A stretch of DNA of 63,363 bases, counting the filler, from Reclinomonas americana ATCC 50394 (lineage: Eukaryota), in NCBI GenBank assembly GCA_048213135.1. It is 16 parts of 16 records of this genome, joined end to end, with 100 filler letters (N's around TTAATTAATTAA, not from the genome) between each part and the next. Parts side by side here need not be neighbours in the genome. Positions count along the whole stretch, not along the records: positions 13,271 to 18,166 come from AFZH01021306.1; positions 18,267 to 21,015 come from AFZH01021307.1; positions 21,116 to 32,356 come from AFZH01021308.1; 13 more parts are not named here. The stretch is one strand, 5' to 3'. Positions 13,668 through 25,320 of this stretch are shown here, piece after piece. The translations under genes were made by a program, and so were the position numbers. Positions within the stretch are counted from its first letter, which is position 1. The number at the start of each line of letters is the position of its first letter. Under the pieces are notes generated by a model that searched no databases, was not told the DNA's origin, and was given only the letters and a program-made list of their open reading frames with translations.

Positions 13668-14249
13668 ATGAGGAGGAGAGCAGCAGTGACAACCATCGCG
13701 CTCGTCTTGCTGTGTGTGCTCTGCGCTGCGACACTGGTGGAGCGCGTGGAATCGCGCTCCACTCGCGCCCACAAGTCACGCGCGCGATCACGGAGGAGAG
13801 CAGCCGCAGCAGAGGACGTGGAGGAGGTGGTGGAGCAGTTTGTGACGACCGAAGGCACTCGTGAGTGGGCATGATGTGTGTGTTTTCGCGCCCTCATTGC
13901 TCATGCGCTGTGGTGCACAGAACGACCGCCTGTACGACTGAGTGACTCACGTGCGCGATACGTGTTCCCACCGGTGCCGATGAACGAGCAGGGAGCGGGC
14001 GATGGCGAGAACACGTCATCGAGTGAGCCGCAGCCGCAAGTGGAGGACAACGAGGCCGCTCCTGTGCACTGCACGGCCGAGCAGCGTCGCATGTGTGTGA
14101 ATCGGTTGCAGCGGCTGCAGTACTTCCGCAGCATGGCGCCCGTGGGACCCGAGTACAGGAAGAAGCTGCCGAGTGTGGAGGCCAAGTACAAGTGGTGCAT
14201 TCAGACGTGTGGTTCGCCCGAAGCGGTGGCCGTGCAGGAGGGGGTGTGA
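13668..14249 (+). CDS. Small secreted Cys-containing hypothetical protein
   Basis: Signal peptide MRRRAAVTTIALVLLCVLCA; one GT-AG intron 13861-13920 keeps frame; C-terminal four-Cys helical segment; TGA 14249. Confidence 0.6.
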
Positions 14250-14292
14250 GGCGTGGCGAGAGGAAGTGAAGAGTTTCACTCGCTTGCTTCTG

Positions 14293-17200
14293 TCATCTCA
14301 CTTCGGCGGGCGAGAACACGAGCTGTGCGTGCAGTGGCAGTGGAGTGAGTGATGGGTGGCGATGGGTGGCGGTACGGTACACTCGCACGCACCTTCCACA
14401 GGTTGTCCAGGTCGCTGTCGCTCATGAACGATTTGCGCACCGGCGGCAACGGCAGCGGAGGTGGGTTGCGAGAGAACTGTGCGGAAAAGGCAGTGGTGAG
14501 TGTCTCCAGCGCGTCGTCTCGTTCCATGCAGCGTTCGTTTCTCACCGAGCGCAGCGAGATGACCTCCTGCCGATGGCGAAGGTACGCAGGCACTCGCGAA
14601 ATAACCTCCTTTTTGTGTCGCATGTAGATGGCGTAGATGTAGGCCTCGGTGGCGTCAGTGTGTGGCTGCAGGTTGTCGAGAGCAACAATGATGTGGTCCA
14701 CCACTGCCGCCTGCTCCACGAGTCGCGCGATCGTCGCCTCCTCATCCTCATCCTCGTCATCGACACCGTCGTCGAGGATCCGCGCTCGCTTGGCCCGATC
14801 TCCACCTTCGTCGTCGTCGTCGCCGCCGCTGTCTCCTTGCACTCGCCTTCGCAGCTCCTGCAGACGACGGCGACGAAAGTACCGTTCCCACTGGCGCCGC
14901 AGCAACTCGATGCGCGCGCGGCGACAGTTGAGCCAGCATGTGACAATGGACATGGTTTTGCGAACTATGCGCGGAGGGAGAACGAGGTGAGTTCTTGATG
15001 CGTTTGTATGCAGGCATGGATGGAGACGCAACTTCGTCCAATGGTGTACTTGAGGCCCTCCATGATACGTCGCCGAGCCGTCTGTGCCTCAAAGGTCTCG
15101 CGCAAGGCGCGCACCGCCAGCCGCTTGCGGGCAATGCGAATGTTGATGCTGATGCGCAGGCTGCAGCGGTAGATCAAGATGGCCAGGCGCCGCTTGAACC
15201 GCAGCACGCGAAGCTTGACCACGGGGTAGAAGCGCTTTTGTAGCACCCGTGCGGCACGATCGCGTCGCTTTCGTCGTGCGTTGGCCACGCGGAAGTACTG
15301 CCGTGCAACAACGACAGTGAGGAACCAGCAGGTGGGAGTTGGAGGAGGAGGAGTGAAAGTGGGTGCTCACGCAACGCTGAGATAGTTCTTCCACTTTTCC
15401 ACTCGCAACATGAATTGTATGAAGAACAACCTGACCGCGCGGGATGCATGTCAGACGCAGGCGCGCGGAGAAAGAGAACGCCATCGACTGCACGTAACCA
15501 ATACTGCTGACAGCGTCGCACGCCAGGCAGCTCGCGCAGAATGTACTCTTTCTTTTGCACCGCCTGTGCAAGCAAGGTGGACCGTGAGTACCTCCGTTGC
15601 TTGGAACGCGACAACAATGAGCAAAACTGACCTCCTCCTGTTTCTCCAACAGGTTGCACTCGCGTCGGCGCAACTCTGCGTGCCGCTCTCCCACGTGGTG
15701 ATCGTGACGGTCAAGGGCTGCACGAATACGAGCCTCTTCGTCCGTCCACTGTCGCATTGAAAGAAGAGAGCGTGAGAAGACACCGACAACTGTATACAAA
15801 ATCGATCCAGGGTACCTGCTCCACGGCACGTTGAAACGAGTACGCTGATGCCGCGTCCTTGTTTGCCTTGATAATGTCGGCGTTGGCCACGCGAAACTCG
15901 ATAGCGCGCTGAGCCCTCTCGGCCAGAGTGCGATCTGCATGTCCCTCGCCCCCGCGGTGAGTGGGTGGTGAAGACAAGAGTGCGAAAGTGGAGAATGGTG
16001 ACGAACCTACGGACACGTACAGGTCGTGTCGTTGCGAGGACGACTCGCGAACGGCTTCGAAGCGTGCCTCCAGCCGCTGCAGGGCAGTCATTTGGCGGCG
16101 GACGGGTGACTTGCGCGATTGGCCACGACGAGGGTCGTGATGACCTGCCGAGCGAGAAAGTGAGATCGAGAGAAGAATGAGTCGCCTATGATGCTTGTTT
16201 CAGTCACGCAACCCTTGTCTGTCGGTGAGTCACTCTCGTGCGGTGACGAAGATGTGCCACCGTGCATGGGCCGATCATGACCTGGGCCATCTGAGCACCA
16301 ACAACCAACGTGATCAGTGCACCGCCGTGACCGCGCGCGACACACGTTGACAACAACAATGACAGACCTCGATGATTAATCGCCGCGATCATGGTCTCCA
16401 TCTCGCTGCGAAAGTGCGCCGACGACGGCGACTGTGCGGAGGCGTCGCCGGAGAGCCGTGATCCCGATCGCGAGTGATGCGATGGTGGCCGGTGCTGCTG
16501 CTGCTGCTTCTGCTGTTGTTGGTGGTGGTGGTGATCACGATCACAGTGGATCTCGTCGAGCCCGACGAGGCCTCCCGATCCCGCGCCCACTGCCGTGGCC
16601 GGTCGGCGGAGAAACTCGAGCGATGAGATGACAGCGCGGTACTGGTGGTTGGCCTCGGCCAACACGGCGGCACGCGCAGCAGGCGAGCCCGCCGAGTGCA
16701 GTGATTTTCGTCGCTCGTGAGCCGCCACGGCCGCATATGCTGGCGGCAGTTGTGACACATCTTTCGTTTGCAACGAGGCCAGGAAGCGCTCGACGTTGGG
16801 TAGTGAGGGGCGGCGCTGCAAATGAGAGAGAGAGAGAGAGAGAGTATGAGGATGGCAGTTGATGAGAAAGAAACGCATGCGTTTCTCGCAATCATACCTC
16901 GCGATCGACATTGATGGGCGGCGGTGGTGGTGGCCGGCCTGCCACTGGATCTGCGGTGGACACGCGTTGCTTGGAGGCGTGGCCGTTGGCAGTGGAGGTG
17001 CGTCGATGACGACGCAGAGGCGCGGAGTGTGACTGGCTGCGCGTTTTGGTCGTCGGCTCCATTTTTTCTTATCTCGCGCGATCCGGACAATTGGTTCGAG
17101 TGAATGGATCTGGATTGATTGAGGGGGAAAGGAAGAGGGGGGAGGAGACGGAGAGGAGGAGAGAGAAGAGGGTAAGGAGGCGGAGTCAGGAGGAGGGGTG

Positions 17201-17400
17201 AGGCAGGGGAAAGCTTCGATATCGATCGCTGCGCATGCATGCGATCGCACGCGATTCGCCACGTGCGCGCGCGTGCACCGACTGTGTTTGGCCATGGATG
17301 GTAGATGCAACTCGCATGTGAGAAGCAACTTGGGATTCGACGCGCAGGATCCCTGCAGGGTTCCGGATCCGTGAAGTCGAATCCGAATTCGTTCATGATT
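14293..17400 (-). CDS. Hypothetical multi-exon basic coiled-coil protein with IQ-like motifs (5' end uncertain)
   Basis: Spliced exons WLFFIQFMLRVEKWKNYLS/YFRVANARRKRRDRAARVLQKRFY... and IRKTMSIVTCWLNCRRARIELLRRQWE; last exon LVFSPAEVR*. Confidence 0.55.
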
Positions 17401-18379
17401 GATCTCGAGCTCGGGCAGCTACATGGTCATCCTCCGCCGCTGCTGAAGGAGGTATATGTTTGGTGCGTACGCCATACTTTCGAACGACCCGTCGACGTCG
17501 GACCAGTCGTCGTGCAAGCGCCGAGATCGAAATCGGCCGCGATCCCTGCTCGGCTCTCTCGCCGACGCAGTTGCAGGCGACCTCAGCACCTGCGGTAGTG
17601 CACTGAAGCGTTTCCCTTCATTTCTCTCACCATTGCACGAGCCACCAGCATACGGCCTCGGCGCATGCACGTCGAATTCGGACAGAGATTTCTCTTCCAC
17701 GATTTCAAAATGTTGGGAAACTCCCATGCCAAATCCACGTGCGCAACCAGCCATCCTCAACACACCCTCCTCTCACACCTCTGCATTACGTCGCCCTCAA
17801 CCCATGCTGGTATTAAAATACAATGTTTTGCCAAAAGTGGCAACAAGAAAACCATGTGCAATTGTTTTCACGATCACGTGAGTGTGTTCGCAAGCCACAC
17901 GCACACTCACACATGGTCACCCTCCTACCGCTCCATTCGTGAGGGCGCATCCAAAGGTTCTTTGGTGTGCGTGTCCGCATCAAAGCACTTGCGTGTCCTG
18001 TGCTGTTTCTTAAGACTCGCATTTCACCCACACTGAACGCGCAGACTCTCGCACTCTCACACGCACACCGCACACGCACACACACACTCTCTCTTCATTG
18101 ACTCGCGCGTGAGAGACACGAAAAAGAGACACACAAACGACACGAGCGCATCCAGGTGAGTGTGTGNNNNNNNNNNNNNNNNNNNNNNNNNNNNNNNNNN
18201 NNNNNNNNNNTTAATTAATTAANNNNNNNNNNNNNNNNNNNNNNNNNNNNNNNNNNNNNNNNNNNNTGAGTGAGTGCGCATGCGAATCCCACATTCATCC
18301 TCGTCGTCCAACTTTTCGAACCCACTCACTCTGCCTCTCCCCCCCCCCCCTCTCTCCCCTGCTTCTCACTCTCCTCCAG

Positions 18380-19915
18380 TCGATGGGCGTGTGCACACCA
18401 TGTCACCGCCGCACTGCTGACGTGTACGAGACATCTTCGGCCACCACCGCAGTCATCAATAATAGTGATGGTGTCCGACGACAACAACAACCACAACCAC
18501 AACAACAACTGGAAGGAGAAGAAGAGGCCGTTGAACAAGATGATGACCTGGAAGTCCACCAACACGCTGTCGCCGATCACAAGCGACACAGGAGTCGGTC
18601 AAAACGGAACACGCCAGCAGCTGCAGCTGCAGTGCCGGCGAGTACCGCCAGCAGCCGATCGAGTGAGTCATCGTCACGGCGCAAGAAACGGCGGTTCGGA
18701 TCCATGGGAACAGGCTCGTCGGCGGCCCGTCGAGTGCAGATGTCGCGTCATGCTTCCACCACTATTGTCCAGAAACGAACACGTAAGCTGCCGCCACTGT
18801 CGCCAGCGTCCACTGTGAGTCGACAACAGCAACAACAGCAGCAGCATCAGTGTGGAGTATCGTCGCCATTATCGCCGTTGCAGCATGTGTCGTCGTCCAT
18901 GGCGTCGTCGTCGTCGTTGCAATCGAAAGTGGTTGTCGGCAGTCAGGCGGCGTTGTACCGGTCGCCGGTGAGGGCGCTGGCACCGACGGCTTCGCGACAT
19001 CCGAGTGTCGACTCCCCGTCTGTAACTGGCATGCACTCGAGCAGTGCCACCACCGTCGGCAGTGTGGAGCCGACTTCGCGTGCGCCGGGAGCAGCAGCAG
19101 CCGCAGCAGCGTGCAACTTTGATGACGACCTGTCGCAGTTTCTGGTGCCGCTGGTGGAGCGCGGCCTGCTCGGGCCCATCAACTCGGGTGCGCCGCTGGT
19201 GCTGGCTGGCATTGGGCACGATTTTGAGTTGCAGCAGAGCCGTGCTGGTGGTCATGGTGTGATGCCGCCCGAGAGCACGCTGTTTTCGCCGATTCGTGAG
19301 CGAGGGAACAGTCCACTGGCGTCGACGCGCTTCCTGCGGCCGATTCCGGTGCGGCCACAGTTGAGTGGGCGAGTCCACAGTCAGTTTGGCAGTCCCACGC
19401 ATCACACGTACTCGGATTTCCACCCCACGCCGGTCGCCTCGCGGCACGGAAGTCCCTCGCGGCACTCGCTGATTGCGATGGCGCCGAGTGCACTGCCGGT
19501 GTTTTACAACTCGGGCGACTTTCCCGTCACATGGACCGGCGAGCGCAGCAACTCGTCGGCCACCTCGTGGGACGATGGCGATCTGTGCGCCACACTGCAC
19601 GCCGAGTCGACGCCCCGGCGCACGGTCGACACTGGTGTCGCGGACGGCGACGAGGAGCAGGTTTCCGTACATCGCGGTACCATTGTCGGCGGTGTGCATC
19701 ACGATCACGCCGAGTTCGACACGGCCGCGTTGGACGACCAGGAAGAGGATGCGGAGGTCGACGAGACGCAACAAACCAAGTGGCTGTCGTCGCCGCCGCC
19801 CCCGCACTTTGTGTGCGGCAAGGGAGCTGAGGAGCTGCACGAGTGCATGCTGGTGGAGGGGGAGTACGATCAGGTGGCAGACGATGTCCTTTCGCCCTTG
19901 CCACGCGATTTGTGA
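18380..19915 (+). CDS. Ser-rich, largely disordered hypothetical protein, last exon (upstream part in gap); NLS-like RRKKRR
   Basis: 510-codon ORF with coding-like composition after a pyrimidine tract and AG; starts with CTPCHRR (possible end of a Zn finger). Confidence 0.65.
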   Translation, partial: SMGVCTPCHRRTADVYETSSATTAVINNSDGVRRQQQPQPQQQLEGEEEAVEQDDDLEVHQHAVADHKRHRSRSKRNTPAAAAAVPASTASSRSSESSSRRKKRRFGSMGTGSSAARRVQMSRHASTTIVQKRTRKLPPLSPASTVSRQQQQQQQHQCGVSSPLSPLQHVSSSMASSSSLQSKVVVGSQAALYRSPVRALAPTASRHPSVDSPSVTGMHSSSATTVGSVEPTSRAPGAAAAAAACNFDDDLSQFLVPLVERGLLGPINSGAPLVLAGIGHDFELQQSRAGGHGVMPPESTLFSPIRERGNSPLASTRFLRPIPVRPQLSGRVHSQFGSPTHHTYSDFHPTPVASRHGSPSRHSLIAMAPSALPVFYNSGDFPVTWTGERSNSSATSWDDGDLCATLHAESTPRRTVDTGVADGDEEQVSVHRGTIVGGVHHDHAEFDTAALDDQEEDAEVDETQQTKWLSSPPPPHFVCGKGAEELHECMLVEGEYDQVADDVLSPLPRDL

Positions 19916-20132
19916 GAGAAAGAGAGCGGTAATCCTAATTATTAAAATACTGTTGTTGCTCAAAGCATCAAATTGCTTGCTTTACACGTGTTTCTTCGAG
20001 CCACATTCGAGATCACATATCATCATCATCATCATCACCAGCCATACACACAAACACGCCACCACCGCCAAACTCAAGCGGCGCTCACAAAAACGAGATG
20101 CCCAGAAAGGGAAGCACACACACACACACACA

Positions 20133-22628
20133 TTAGTCCGACTCGGCCGGTGGCAGGTGCTGGTCTAGCCACTCTGCCAACCACTCGCACGACGGGGCAG
20201 TGGCAACGAACGGGTGCGACAACAACTGCGTGGCCGTCTGCCGTCTTGCAGGATCTTTTTGCAGGCTGCGCTCACATTCAACAAGTGAGAGTTATGCGCG
20301 TGGGGGTTGGCGGATCTTTTTTTCTGTCGACTCACCAGCCCTCAATGAAGTTGAGGAACTCGGCTGAGTACTTGTCGGCCGGCAGCCGTGGTGCATCGCA
20401 GCGCACCACGTTGTCCATCACCTTGAAGAAGCCGTACACTAGAAGGGAAAGGAGAATGGAGAACAAATGAGGCACACACAAGGAAGCGACAGTAGAGTGC
20501 GGAAAGGGGAAGGGAGGACAGAAAATGAGCGTCACTAGCACAGTCACACAAAGAATTGATCGCAGAGAGCGGCGACACTTTCTACGTCTCACTCTCCCTC
20601 AACACATGGACAGAGGGACAGAGGCACGCATATACACAAACAGACGCATCGTGGGCGTTACTTTCCTGCGTCTCACTCTCTCCTCTCCAAAGCACATCCA
20701 CGCACGCAATCACACAGGCAACAGCGACAACAATGCAACAATACCGCACTCTCGTTCTCCCTCAGTACACGCACAGATAAGAGGACATATTCACACACAT
20801 ACACAAACAGTTGCATTCTGAGAGGCATTGATCTACGCCACACTCTCCTCACTCCCTCCACACACGCACACGCACACAGGGAATTGTGCAAGCACAAACA
20901 GTAGCTTCACGAGCTCACCCACTCCTCTCCTCAATTCCTTTCCTGTGTGTGTGTCTTTGTCTGTCTCTTTGTGTTCTCTTTGCGCACTTTCTCTCTCTCT
21001 CTCTCTCTCTCTCTCNNNNNNNNNNNNNNNNNNNNNNNNNNNNNNNNNNNNNNNNNNNNTTAATTAATTAANNNNNNNNNNNNNNNNNNNNNNNNNNNNN
21101 NNNNNNNNNNNNNNNGGGAAGGGGAAGGGGAAGGGGAAGGGGAAGGGGAGGGAGGGAGGGAGAGGGAGAGGGAGAGGGAAGGAGAGCGACAGAATGAAGC
21201 GAGAGAGAGCGAGTGTGTGGGAGAGAGAGAGAATTCACATGACACAGGCTCTCAAACACGAGAGCAGTAGTCTGTGCCTCTGCGCATTCCAACCAGAAAG
21301 CCACACAACTACTCAGAGTAATACCACAGCAAGCAACAACTTGAACACGAATACAGAAGTCTGTGCCTCTGCGCATCACAACCAGAAAGACGAGTCTGGT
21401 CGAACAATTTCTCCTCATGGCGCGACAGAGAGTCACGGCTGCATTCTCGCGACCACCAAAGCATTGGCATCTGAGTACACAGTCACGTCGACACACAATC
21501 TCTCCTCTGACAACTCAATGCGCGCGAAAGAGGGTCACGAAAACAATCATCTCTGCCGTTGTGCGTCACATCCAGAAAGACGAGTCTCAATCCCTACACG
21601 TGACTACTCAGACGTGGACAGAGAAAAGGCCAGCAAGCAATCACTCGATCACGAAAGAGGCGCATCGCCACAAGGACGATGAGTCTTTTCTCCCCGCAGA
21701 ACAACTCAAAACGCACAAAGGAGATTCACAAAAACACATCCTCACTGCCTCTGCGCATTGCCACAGGAAGACGTAAACATGCCAGCGCAATCACTCCACG
21801 TTACATCATGGAAGCAATAGTCTCTGCCTCTTCCAAGAAACACGTCCTTAAACACGCCAGCGCAATCAATCTACGTTACATCATGTTCTCTACCACAAGA
21901 AACACGTCCTCAAACACGCCATCACAGCTGAGCATTAGAGGCGGACATCCGACAAGCACCGCCAGGACAACAACAGAAACGCATGTTGCCCACTTAATCC
22001 CTCATTCTCTCCTGCTCTCCCCTCTGTATGCTCAACACCTCACCTTGACAGCATACAGCTCTCCAGTGGCCTTGTGCCGACACAGCGACACAGTGGAGAA
22101 ATTTCCCTCGCCCAAATCCCTGATCTTTTCAAAGTCCTCCGCTTGGAACGTGTTTCCCATGCTCGGATCGCCCTGTTGTATCCACAAAGCACAAAAAGGC
22201 AAACAAATAAAACAATGAGGAAAAAGTGGAAAAGAGTGATTTGAGCGACTGAATATCTCAACTCATCAAGTCTCTCTAAGTTTGTTTCTCTCTCTCTCTC
22301 TCACACACACACTCTCCCTCTCTGAGTGTGTGTGCGTTTGTGTGAGGAGTTGTGTGATTCATGATGTATATTTACCTTGTGTTCAATCGCTTGCTGGTGA
22401 TCGAGCATGTCCAATGCACCACTGAACCTGTGTGCATACACACACAGACACACACACAAGAGAGAGAGAGAGTGAGTGAGCAAGAGTGTGTGTGAGCAGT
22501 GAGAGAGAAAAGAGCCATTTTGTGACATGGCGCGACATCTCGCAAAACAACAGCGCGTATGTGTGCAGTGTGCGCAACTTTTCCTCTTGCGAGGGAACGA
22601 CAATGTTCAACGAGGAAGGAGCTGCCAT
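20133..22628 (-). CDS. MAP kinase kinase (STE7/MEK-like); middle exons lost in gap
   Basis: Exons give FEKIRDLGEGNFSTVSLCRHKATGELYAVK (subdomains I-II) and FKVMDNVVRCDAPRLPADKYSAEFLNFIEGC/LQKDPARRQTATQLLSHPF (MAP2K-type C-lobe); upstream in-frame RRRRGK..LNI resembles a MAPK docking motif, so the true start may lie further upstream. Confidence 0.8.
21270..21920. repeat. Degenerate clustered repeats in MAP2K intron
   Basis: Recurrent tgcctctgcgcat..caaccagaaag(acgagtct) and aaacacgccagcgcaatca...acgttacatcatg units. Confidence 0.65.
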
Positions 22629-22971
22629 CTTCCCTCGTCTTCGTCTTGCAACACAGAAACACGGCGTGTCCTGCGCGTCGTCCGCCGTGCGACGTTCGTC
22701 GTGTGAGCTTGTCTGTGCGCGTGTGAACGCGTGTACTATATGAGAGGATAAATTGTGTTACAAGAGGCACATCGCGTTGCGGCATCATGACTGATGTGAA
22801 CGTCGACGTCGCGGATATCGAACGACCATCTCACTCGCGTCTCACACCGATCGCACTCCTCTCCACCACTCTCTGTGCACTCACCTCCTCTCCCTTCATC
22901 TCCACGCCCACACGAGTTTGTCCGATTTCATGTCCTGATCTTTTTCTCACTCGCTCTCTCACTCACTCAAG

Positions 22972-23117
22972 ATGAGCGCAACACGTCGCGCCTTCCTCAA
23001 GTCACTCCATGAGGCAAGCAGCAGTCGAGCGACCATTGCTCAGCAACGCGCAGCGGAGAAAACGAACAAATCACCACTCGGAGCAAGTTGAGAACAATCC
23101 CTCACTCTCTCTCACTC

Positions 23118-23158
<41 letters not shown>

Positions 23159-24800
23159 CACTCACTCACTTTCCTTCTATCTGACACTCACACACTCACA
23201 CACTCTGCACCTACTTTTTCTCTCATCACTCACTCTCTTCTCCCCCGTCTCTTCTCCTCCCTTCTCCCTCCCCTCACTCACCCTCCCACTTACACTCAGG
23301 AAAAGGCCAGCAACTCGGCAGCAACTGTATCTTGCCCGACGATTTGCTGTGTTCGGTTTTGTCCTTTCTCTCCCTGCGCGACTTTGTGCGCCTGTGGCGG
23401 TGTGCTTCGCGCGACTTTTGTCGCTGTTTCGAGCAGGCAATGATGGCGTTGCCGGGTGGTGGCGATGCAGCCTCGCTCATGTCATTTCGCGGCGATCGGT
23501 CGTTTGTAGTTGGCGCCATTGTGTTTCCGTATTGTCGCAAGCTGCTGCTGGATGGTGAGCGAGAGAGAAGGAAAGAAGAGGCACTGTCTCTTTGTATTCT
23601 GACCCTTTGTGCGCTTTGCAGGATCGTCAATGTTCTGGGGATCGGAGGAACTGGAGGCGTTGCAGCAATCGCTGGCCGATCCGTCAACGCGACTGCGACG
23701 CAAGCTCATGTCCATGTCGCGCACGCTGACGCCGGCCACTGCTGCGTTTGAGGTCCGCATGGTCGGCTCAGCGACGCTGGTGAGCACGGCCTTTCTCCGC
23801 TGCCCTCGTTCTCTTCATTCCGCTCACTCGCCACGCTACAGTACGCCTCGCTGCCGCCGGAGCTCGACACGCTGTCGCTGCAAGTGTGGTCACCGGCGTG
23901 CCCCATTCAGCCGCTGTTTGTGCCACCCATTCGCGGAGCACTGCCACCCGTAGTTGCTGTCGAGGCGGCTGCGGCGGAGGAGGAAGAGGTGCCGCGAATG
24001 TGCACGCCGCTGCGCGCTCTGTGTCCGCGGCTGCGTACATTGGTGCTCAGCGACTGCGATTTGTCGACGTTTGATGTGGCCACGCTGCCAAACACACTGC
24101 GTGATCTGTCATTCATTCGCTGCTCGCTGCGTTCGCTCGACCTGGCGCGTCTCCGTTTTGTACACGAACTGGAGACGCTCGATGTGTCGCACAATGAGCT
24201 GACGGCGCTGGAGGCGTGCGACTTGCCGCACACGTTGACGTCGCTGATTGTCGATCACAATCGCCTCACGGCGGTCGATGTGCCGGCGCTGCCGCGGTTC
24301 CTTGTCACGCTCTCGGCAGAGCACAATGCACTGGCCGAGTTTGATGCCACCGACGCACCGGCATCGCTCCGCACGTTGCATGTGAGCCACAATCGGCTGG
24401 AGACTTTTGATGCGCGATCGGTGAGTGGCGCACGCCCTTGTCTTCTTTCCTCCCCGCTCATCGCCTCACTCGTTTATTTTTTGTGCAGCTTCCCTCCACG
24501 GTGACGTCGCTTGACTTGTCGCACAACTCGCTGGTGCTCCTCGACTGCGCCGACTCGCTGCCGGAGGCGCTTGTCGAGTTGCGCCTGACCGGCAATCGCA
24601 TGCAGTACTTTGACATGGAATCGGTGGCCGACGCATGCCCGCAACTGGAACAGCTGTGGTTGGGCGAGAACCAGCTGGAGGAGTTGGACTGGGATCACCT
24701 GCCGCCCAGTCTGTACACGCTGGAGATTCGTGGCAATCGCGCGCTCACACAGGCCGTCGGGCGCTGGCACGTGCAGCGGGTGCCCAACTTGCGTTACTGA
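22972..24800 (+). CDS. F-box / leucine-rich-repeat protein
   Basis: F-box LPDDLLCSVLSFLSLRDFVRLWRCASRDF followed by many LRRs (LETLDVSHNELTAL, LTSLIVDHNRL, LRTLHVSHNRL, VTSLDLSHNSL, LEQLWLGENQL). Confidence 0.85.
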
Positions 24801-25320
24801 GAGGAACAGAGCTTGGTACAGTCCAGCCGGCCACTCTTTCGAGAAGGTGACTCGAGGACAGATGGCTCGTCCATGCACATTCAGCAGGTGTGTGTTCTTG
24901 GTCATGGGCGGTGGATGATTTCCGCGTCTTTGCATTGACACCATCGCACAGCGTGCGACTGGCCTGCTCTCACTGCCAGCGAGCTCTCGACCTCGCTTCC
25001 ATGCCCCGGCAAGCCATGAACTCAAGTTGTGTTCAATACGGGTCTCAGTGAAATCGACCCGTCAAGTTGCCATTTCTTTGTTGTATGACCCACAGCCGAT
25101 CCTTCCTCGTCGTCTGCATACACCTGCCGATGCACTCTCTGTGCCATCTCATTCCCCCTCTGACAAAGTCAATCTTCGCCGAAAGGCGTCATCAAAGCGA
25201 TGGGAAAGGGTCGAGCTGCGAAGCTCCCCTCCCGCCCCCTCCAACTGGAAACGAGAAGACGAAGAAGAAACATCATCATGGTTGCACTACTAGCTAGCGA
25301 CATGACGATCAGATCTGGAT

